Assembly (NCBI GenBank): GCA_030526225.1
Contig: JAUNDF010000008.1
Location: 2,106 to 32,000 of the forward strand
Reading direction: 5' to 3'
From: Clostridia bacterium
GTDB lineage: Bacteria > Bacillota > Clostridia > Christensenellales > Aristaeellaceae
DNA length: 29,895 bases
The position numbers and the translations under genes are program-made. The notes beneath the pieces are model-generated. The model was not told where the DNA came from, did no database searches, and saw only the letters and a list, made by a program, of their open reading frames with translations. Numbering within the stretch: the first letter of the stretch is position 1; each line of letters starts with the position of its first letter. Positions 25,029 through 29,895 of this stretch are shown here, one piece after another.

Positions 25029-25610
25029 ATGGATGCACTGAACGAAGCGATTCTGACCCGGGGCAAGGGCATCGGCAGCGATATTGTAAAGGTGGACAGT
25101 TTCCTGAACCACCGCATTGACGTGGCACTGGCCACCCGCATGGGGCAGGCCTTCCATGATGCCTTTGCGGATGCACAGGTGGACCTGATTCTCACCGTGG
25201 AATCCAGCGGCATTGCCACCGCCATCACCACCGCACAGGCCTTCGGCAACATCCCGGTGGTGTTTGCCAAGAAGGGCGACCCTGCCACCATGGACCCCAA
25301 CGCCTACACGGCACAGGTGTATTCCTTCACTCACAAGAAGCTCAACTGCGTGCGCGTCAGCCGCCAGTATCTGGAAAAGGGCATGCGCGTGCTGATTATC
25401 GACGACTTCCTGGCCAACGGCGAGGCGGTGGAGGGTCTGCGCAATATTCTTGAGCAGGCCGGCTGCGAGTGCGTGGGTGCCGGCATCTGCGTGGAGAAGG
25501 GCTTTCAGCCCGGCGGCGCCAAGCTGCGGGAGCAGGGCATCAAGGTGGTGTCTCTGGCCATCGTGGATGCCATCGAGGACGGGCACATCATCCTGCGCAA
25601 TCAGGATTAA
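25029..25610 (+). CDS. xpt: Xanthine phosphoribosyltransferase
   Basis: Close motif match to Bacillus-type Xpt: KVDSFLNHRID, TVESSGIA, PVVFAKK, VYSFT, VLIIDDFLANGEA, CVEKGFQPGG. GGAGGA RBS 7 nt upstream of the ATG at 25029. Confidence 0.9.
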   Translation: MDALNEAILTRGKGIGSDIVKVDSFLNHRIDVALATRMGQAFHDAFADAQVDLILTVESSGIATAITTAQAFGNIPVVFAKKGDPATMDPNAYTAQVYSFTHKKLNCVRVSRQYLEKGMRVLIIDDFLANGEAVEGLRNILEQAGCECVGAGICVEKGFQPGGAKLREQGIKVVSLAIVDAIEDGHIILRNQD

Positions 25611-25620
25611 AAATGAACAC

Positions 25621-25650
25621 AAAAAAAGGAGCCGCGATGGCTCCTTTTTT
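25621..25650. terminator. Bidirectional rho-independent terminator between convergent xpt and ribU
   Basis: A7-GGAGCC-GCGAT-GGCTCC-T6: a perfect 6-bp GC stem with a U-tract available on both strands. Confidence 0.85.
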
Positions 25651-25661
25651 GTATGCCCCAA

Positions 25662-26258
25662 TCAGCGCTTTACCTTCAGGATGGGGGACAGGGGCTTGTA
25701 GATGATGTAGGTCAGGATGCTCAGCACCACGCCCTTGAGCAGGTTGAAGGGAGCGGTGACGCACAGCAGCAGCTTCAGCTCGGTATCAACAAAGGGCAGT
25801 GCCTTTTGGGCCATGCCGACCACAGCGGCCATGGGCATGCCGTAGGCGTTCATGTAGAAGGGAATCATAATCAGCCAGTTGACCAGCACGCTGACCAGAA
25901 TCATGCAAACGGTGCCGATGAGCATGCCCACCAGAGCGCCCTTGCGGGTCTTGTTGGCCTTGTAGAACAGGGCGGCGGGGAGAACCAGCGCGGCACCCAT
26001 GATGAAGTCAGCCAGCTCGCCCACACCGGCGGAGGTGGTGTGCAGCAGGCCCAGCAGGGACTTGGCGCCCAGGGTAATCAGGGCGGGCACGGGGCCCATG
26101 GAGAAGGCAGCCAGCATGACGGGCAGGTTGCTCAGGTCCAGCTTGTAGAAGGCGACGACGGGGATCTCAATCAGGAACAGAACGGATGCCACTGCGGCCA
26201 GCAGGGCGATACGGGTCAGGTACTGTACGGAAAGGTTGGAACGCTTTGTGGTGCTCAT
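25662..26258 (-). CDS. ribU: ECF-transporter S component, riboflavin-specific
   Basis: About 198 aa, 5-6 TM, ECF S-component-like. Specificity is inferred from the FMN riboswitch directly upstream. ATG at 26258 has a GAGGAGG RBS. Confidence 0.8.
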   Translation of the reverse strand: MSTTKRSNLSVQYLTRIALLAAVASVLFLIEIPVVAFYKLDLSNLPVMLAAFSMGPVPALITLGAKSLLGLLHTTSAGVGELADFIMGAALVLPAALFYKANKTRKGALVGMLIGTVCMILVSVLVNWLIMIPFYMNAYGMPMAAVVGMAQKALPFVDTELKLLLCVTAPFNLLKGVVLSILTYIIYKPLSPILKVKR

Positions 26259-26274
26259 GATAAGCAGCCTCCTC

Positions 26275-26478
26275 ATGAAAATAAAATAATCCGAAGCTGA
26301 TGCAATCAAGCCTCGGATTGTTCATGGGCGGCGCAAATAAAAAGCCACCTGTATGAAACGTCTTTTCCCATCCGGACTGTACCGTCGGTTCCGGAATTTC
26401 ACCGGATCAAACACCCTGTAAAGGATGTGTCATGGACTATACCATCGGTCGGGATTTTCACCCTGCCCCAAAGACTTC
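26275..26478 (-). promoter_or_regulatory. FMN riboswitch (RFN element) with intrinsic-terminator expression platform
   Basis: Minus-strand RNA reads AGUCUUUGGGGCAGGGUGAAAAUCCCGACCGAUGGUAUAGUCCAUGA...GAUCCGGUGAAAUUCCGGAACCGACGGUACAGUCCGGAUGGGAAAAGAC, matching the conserved RFN core with a closing P1 (GUCUUU/AAAGAC). It is followed by the terminator AAUCCGAGGCU...AGCUUCGGAUU plus UAUUUUAUUUU (26275-26319). Confidence 0.92.
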
Positions 26479-26498
26479 ATTGTATTCACTTCGCGAAA

Positions 26499-26527
26499 AT
26501 ATTAACACACTTTAATGAAAAATGCAA
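26499..26527 (-). promoter_or_regulatory. Promoter driving the FMN riboswitch-ribU transcript
   Basis: Minus strand reads TTGCAT (26527-26522), 17-nt spacer, TAATAT (26504-26499), about 20 nt upstream of the aptamer P1. Confidence 0.6.
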
Positions 26528-26550
26528 GCAGAAAATGGAAATTTGCGTGA

Positions 26551-26883
26551 TTACTTCAGAAAATCCTCCCGGCAGGGGGTGAAAATGTCAATCAGCTCGC
26601 CCTTTTCAAGGCAGATGGTGCCGTGGGGGATGCCCGAAGGGAAGGTGATGGTATCCCCGGCGCAGACCTCCTCGTCCCTGCCGTCGATGGTGAAGCGGAA
26701 TTTGCCGGAGACCACATAGGTGCTCTGGGTGTGGGGATGGGCGTGCATGGCGCCGATGCCGCCAGTTTCAAACATCACGCGGACAAGCATCATTTCCTGA
26801 TTGTGGGACAGCACGCAGCGGGACACGCCGCCGCCCAGGTCTGTGATGGTCTGGTCGCCGGTGCGGATGACAGAAGCTTTCAT
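26551..26883 (-). CDS. Cupin-domain protein
   Basis: 110 aa with the two-His cupin motif region (GGIGAMHAHPHTQSTYVVSG ... GDTITFPSGIPHG). AGAGGGA RBS. Confidence 0.75.
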   Translation of the reverse strand: MKASVIRTGDQTITDLGGGVSRCVLSHNQEMMLVRVMFETGGIGAMHAHPHTQSTYVVSGKFRFTIDGRDEEVCAGDTITFPSGIPHGTICLEKGELIDIFTPCREDFLK

Positions 26884-26922
26884 TAATAATCCCTCTTTCT
26901 GATATCAGTTTTCGGATGGCTG

Positions 26923-27564
26923 TTATTTCGTTTTGTATTCCTTCAGCTTTGCTTCCGGCAGGACCTTTTTCAGGAAGGCCCACAGCTCGTCGGGGGAGAC
27001 ATCAGCCTGACCATCAGGCAGCAGGAATGCCTTGATGGGCGCGGGGTACAGGTAGATGCAGCCCTTGGTGCGCACGGCGCGGAACACCTGCTCCCACTTG
27101 TAGGCGGCCTGCTCCTTGGTGTTGGTCAGGGAGTGAATCTTCAGGCCGTCCTTTTCCTCAGTCAGGCGCAGCTCGTAGACATCCTTGGGGAACTTGTTGG
27201 CCTTGATGATGCCCTTCAGGGAGGAGCGGTAGGTCAGCCAGTAGGTCAGGGGCAGGGACAGCCCCACAACGGTCAGGATGCTGCCGATGAGGATATGCTG
27301 GGGCTTGTCCTTGGCAAGGAAGGCCACCGTGGCGAAGAAGAGCATGATGGCGCAAAAGCCCAGGGGCAGGAAATAGCGCCGCTGCTTGACAAAGGTATCA
27401 TACATGGCAAAGCGGCGGAACAAATCGGCCGTCAGATTCACGCGGCAGTGGATGCCGGGGAGGGAAGGGTCGGTGATGAGTTCTTTCTTCTTTTTCTTTT
27501 CCTTATTAATAGCAGCGTTCTGCTGCAGCTCCTCGTTTTCGGAGCGGGTTGTTTGCTCGGACAT
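26923..27564 (-). CDS. YcxB-like membrane protein (two TM helices plus a C-terminal PH-like domain)
   Basis: Lys/Glu-rich N-terminus and two TM helices (LPLGFCAIMLFFATVAFL, ILIGSILTVVGLSLPLTYWL), then a WEQVFRAVRTKGCIYLY..AFLLP tail typical of YcxB-like proteins. GGAGG RBS. Confidence 0.6.
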   Translation of the reverse strand: MSEQTTRSENEELQQNAAINKEKKKKKELITDPSLPGIHCRVNLTADLFRRFAMYDTFVKQRRYFLPLGFCAIMLFFATVAFLAKDKPQHILIGSILTVVGLSLPLTYWLTYRSSLKGIIKANKFPKDVYELRLTEEKDGLKIHSLTNTKEQAAYKWEQVFRAVRTKGCIYLYPAPIKAFLLPDGQADVSPDELWAFLKKVLPEAKLKEYKTK

Positions 27565-27694
27565 GGTATAACCTCCGTTTTATGGCAAATATCGGGCATG
27601 AGCCTATTGTGCCACATATTTCTCCGAAAAACAAGACAAAATGTTAACAGATGGTCGATAATCAAATTTTTATACCAGAAACTGCAATTTGTCC

Positions 27695-27723
27695 TTGACA
27701 CTGATATATTAGTGTGTTAAGAT
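27695..27723 (+). promoter_or_regulatory. TRAP operon promoter
   Basis: TTGACA (27695-27700), 17-nt spacer, TAAGAT (27718-27723). AAGGAGGAAA RBS precedes the ATG at 27776. Confidence 0.65.
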
Positions 27724-27775
27724 GTTGTCATGAAGGAGCGGGGAATCCGCCCCTAAAAAAAGGAGGAAACCTGAA

Positions 27776-28765
27776 ATGAAGAAGGTTCTTGCTCTCGTTC
27801 TGGCTCTGGCCCTGATTCTGGGCGCCACCGCCGCAATGGCTGATCCTATCACCCTGACCTACGCAGAAGTTAACCCTGCTGACACCATCGTCGGCAAGAT
27901 TGCTGCTGACTTCAAGGCCAAGCTGGAAGAACTGTCCGGCGGCGAAATCCTGGTTGACGTTCAGTACTCTGGCGTGCTGGGCGCTGAAGCCAAGGTTTTG
28001 GACGGCATCCTGATGGGCGGCGACACCGTTGACGTGGCCCGTATCTCCGCTTTCGCTCTGTCCAGCTACGGCTGCTCCAAGGCAACCCTGCTGTCCCTGC
28101 CCTACACCTTCACCGGTGAAGAGCACTTCTGGAAGTTCGCTGAATCTGACCTGGCCAAGGAATTCCTGGCTGAGCCCCAGACCATGGGTCTGCCCCTGCG
28201 CGGCCTGGCCTACGGCGAAGAAGGCTTCCGTCACTTCTTCTTCAAGAACGAAGTCACCGACATCGACTCCCTGAAGGGCATGAAGGTTCGCGTTTCCGAG
28301 GACCCCATCATGACCGGCATGGTTTCCGCTCTGGGCGCCAACGCTGCTGTTGTTCCCTTCACCGAGCTGTACTCTGCTCTGCAGACCGGCGTTGTTGACG
28401 CTGCTGAACAGCCCATCGCCAACTACAAGGCCAACGCCTTCCCCGAAGTTGCTCCCTACCTGATGCTGGACGGCCACACCCTGGGTGCTGTACAGCTGAT
28501 CATCACCGACAATGCCTGGAACAAGCTGACTGCTGAGCAGCAGGCTTGGGTGGAAGAAGCTGCCGCTTATGCTTCCGCCGAGAACAAGGCTGGCGTTGCC
28601 GCTGCTGAAGCTGCTGTTACCGAAGAGCTGATCGCTGCCGGCTGCACCATCATCCCCGTAGAAGACAAGTCCGCTTGGCAGGCTGCTGTGGCTGACGTTG
28701 ACGCCATCAAGGCTGCTGTTGCCGTACACGCTGACCTGTACCAGCAGATTATCGACATGCAGTAA
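27776..28765 (+). CDS. TRAP transporter substrate-binding protein (DctP family)
   Basis: Signal peptide MKKVLALVLALALILGATAAMA. DctP-family layout (TLTYAEVNP..., ...AEQP.ANY...). Genetically linked to DctQ/DctM-type genes. Confidence 0.85.
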   Translation: MKKVLALVLALALILGATAAMADPITLTYAEVNPADTIVGKIAADFKAKLEELSGGEILVDVQYSGVLGAEAKVLDGILMGGDTVDVARISAFALSSYGCSKATLLSLPYTFTGEEHFWKFAESDLAKEFLAEPQTMGLPLRGLAYGEEGFRHFFFKNEVTDIDSLKGMKVRVSEDPIMTGMVSALGANAAVVPFTELYSALQTGVVDAAEQPIANYKANAFPEVAPYLMLDGHTLGAVQLIITDNAWNKLTAEQQAWVEEAAAYASAENKAGVAAAEAAVTEELIAAGCTIIPVEDKSAWQAAVADVDAIKAAVAVHADLYQQIIDMQ

Positions 28766-28799
28766 TCTGCATGGCTGATATCAATCAGTAAACATGCCT

Positions 28800-28831
28800 G
28801 GAGCACAGGGAGTCTCCCTGTGCTCCTGTTT
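28800..28831 (+). terminator. Intra-operon hairpin after the TRAP binding-protein gene (attenuator or mRNA stabiliser)
   Basis: Perfect 12-bp stem GGAGCACAGGGA (28800-28811) / TCCCTGTGCTCC (28815-28826) with loop GTC, followed by TGTTTCC (a weak U-tract). Confidence 0.6.
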
Positions 28832-28910
28832 CCTATCAGGACTTTTTTCAGGGGTTTCTCTCCGGTTAACCTGGTTGTCCGCGGAACCCGAGTAAGAAAA
28901 GAAAGGAGCA

Positions 28911-29459
28911 ATGAACCGAATGCCGAAAATTTTCAAAACACTCGACAAGCTGGAAGTTGTGTATGACTGGACATACAAGATTGTCATGTTCATCTGCAAA
29001 ATCCTGCTCATCGCTGACATTGCCATTACTGTACTGTCCGTACTGGGCCGTTACGTTTCCTTTATTCCCGCTCCCGCATGGGGCGAACAGATGGTGCTGA
29101 CCTTCATGGTTTACATGGCTGTTCTCTCCGCTGCACTGGGCATCCGCAGAGGTGCTCACATCCGCATGACCGCTCTTGACAACAAGCTGCCCAAGAAGCT
29201 GATTAAGGTGCTTGATATCGTGGCTGACGTTGCCGTGCTGGTGCTGGCCGTCATCATGATTCAGACCGGTCTTAACATTTGTAATTCCCCGCTGGCCAAG
29301 TTCGGCAAGTATGAATCCATCCCCACCCTCAGCCGTGTATGGATGTACCTGCCCGTGCCTGTTGCCGGTGTTTCCATGATTCTGTTTGAAATCGAAGCCA
29401 TCTATCGTCACATCAAAGCCTTCTTCGTACAAGAAGAGCCCGCAAAGGAGGTGCAGTAA
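28911..29459 (+). CDS. TRAP transporter small permease (DctQ family)
   Basis: 182 aa with 4 TM helices, positioned between the DctP- and DctM-type genes. GAAAGGAG RBS. Confidence 0.85.
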   Translation: MNRMPKIFKTLDKLEVVYDWTYKIVMFICKILLIADIAITVLSVLGRYVSFIPAPAWGEQMVLTFMVYMAVLSAALGIRRGAHIRMTALDNKLPKKLIKVLDIVADVAVLVLAVIMIQTGLNICNSPLAKFGKYESIPTLSRVWMYLPVPVAGVSMILFEIEAIYRHIKAFFVQEEPAKEVQ

Positions 29460-29462
29460 TTC

Positions 29463-29895
29463 ATGGATGCTCAGTCCCTCGGTATTCTGGTGCTGCTCGG
29501 CAGCTTCTTTGTCATGATTTTCCTGCGCTTCCCCATTGCCTACGCCGTAGGCCTGTCCACTGCCCTGTGCCTTGCCACCATGGGCTGGAACCTGAACACC
29601 CTGGCCCAGCAGATGGTGAACGGTGTTTGGTCCTACTCCCTGATGGCTGTGCCCTTCTTCATCACCATGGGTGTTCTGATGGGCTCCGGCGGCATCTCCC
29701 AGAAGCTGATTGCTTTGGCCAATGCCTGCGTTGGCTGGATGCGCGGCGGCATGGCCATGGTAAACATCGTGGCTTCCTACTTCTTTGGCGGCATCTCCGG
29801 TTCCGCTGCTGCTGACACCGCTTCTCTGGGCTCCATCCTCATCCCCATGATGGTGGATGAAGGCTACGACGCCGACTTCTCCACGGCTGTTACCA
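29463..29895 (+). CDS. TRAP transporter large permease (DctM family), N-terminal part (runs off the window)
   Basis: ATG at 29463, 3 nt after the dctQ-type stop. The open frame to the window end translates to MDAQSLGILVLLGSFFVMIFLRFPIAYAVGLS...GGISGSAAADTASLGSILIPMM, typical of DctM. It is absent from the ORF track because it has no stop. Confidence 0.85.
   Translation, partial: MDAQSLGILVLLGSFFVMIFLRFPIAYAVGLSTALCLATMGWNLNTLAQQMVNGVWSYSLMAVPFFITMGVLMGSGGISQKLIALANACVGWMRGGMAMVNIVASYFFGGISGSAAADTASLGSILIPMMVDEGYDADFSTAVT

Noticed and set aside
29567-29815. 82-aa plus-strand ORF listed in the track.
   Set aside because: It is out of frame inside the DctM-type large permease gene. That gene starts at 29463 and is missing from the track only because it has no stop codon within the window.
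1-29895. CRISPR arrays, tRNA/rRNA genes, IS elements, integrons or long direct/inverted repeats.
   Set aside because: Scanning by eye found no periodic repeat-spacer pattern, cloverleaf-like segments, transposase- or integrase-like ORFs, or terminal inverted repeats. A computational repeat or tRNA scan would be needed for certainty.

Overview
This is a GC-rich chromosomal segment with strong GC3 bias, which produces many long antisense shadow ORFs. GGAGG-type ribosome binding sites, sigma-A-like promoters, an ECF RibU gene behind an FMN riboswitch and the LL-diaminopimelate aminotransferase route suggest a Clostridia/Oscillospiraceae-type gut Firmicute. That taxonomy is inference only. I call 31 protein-coding genes (two truncated by the window edges), nearly all metabolic or housekeeping. 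In order: (1) the 3' end of a hybrid histidine kinase; (2) an ICMT/PEMT-family methyltransferase divergent from a marR, Fe-alcohol dehydrogenase, aldehyde dehydrogenase operon with two palindromic operators on its promoter; (3) a solute-binding lipoprotein plus a Cache-type hybrid histidine kinase, each interrupted by one in-frame TAG; (4) a YczE-like membrane protein and a macro-domain/HTH fusion protein; (5) dapF-dapL, an orphan lipoprotein and purA; (6) a large minus-strand molybdenum block (MoeA-like, moeA, moaC, moaA, MOSC-MogA fusion, structured leader, modABC); (7) a divergent operon of an extended MobB, a THEP1-like NTPase and a DUF5131 (Gp37/Gp68) protein; (8) xpt; (9) FMN riboswitch-ribU; (10) cupin and YcxB-like genes; (11) a TRAP transporter operon running off the window. 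I saw no CRISPR array, tRNA/rRNA, transposase, integrase or recognisable defence island. The least ordinary signals are the two amber-interrupted partner genes, set against 0 of 30 natural stops being TAG. Next come the MobB(Cys-rich extension)-NTPase-DUF5131 operon beside the Moco genes, a possible Moco riboswitch inside the operon, and a structured intergenic element after dapL. All functional calls rest on motif recognition by eye. No database search was run.
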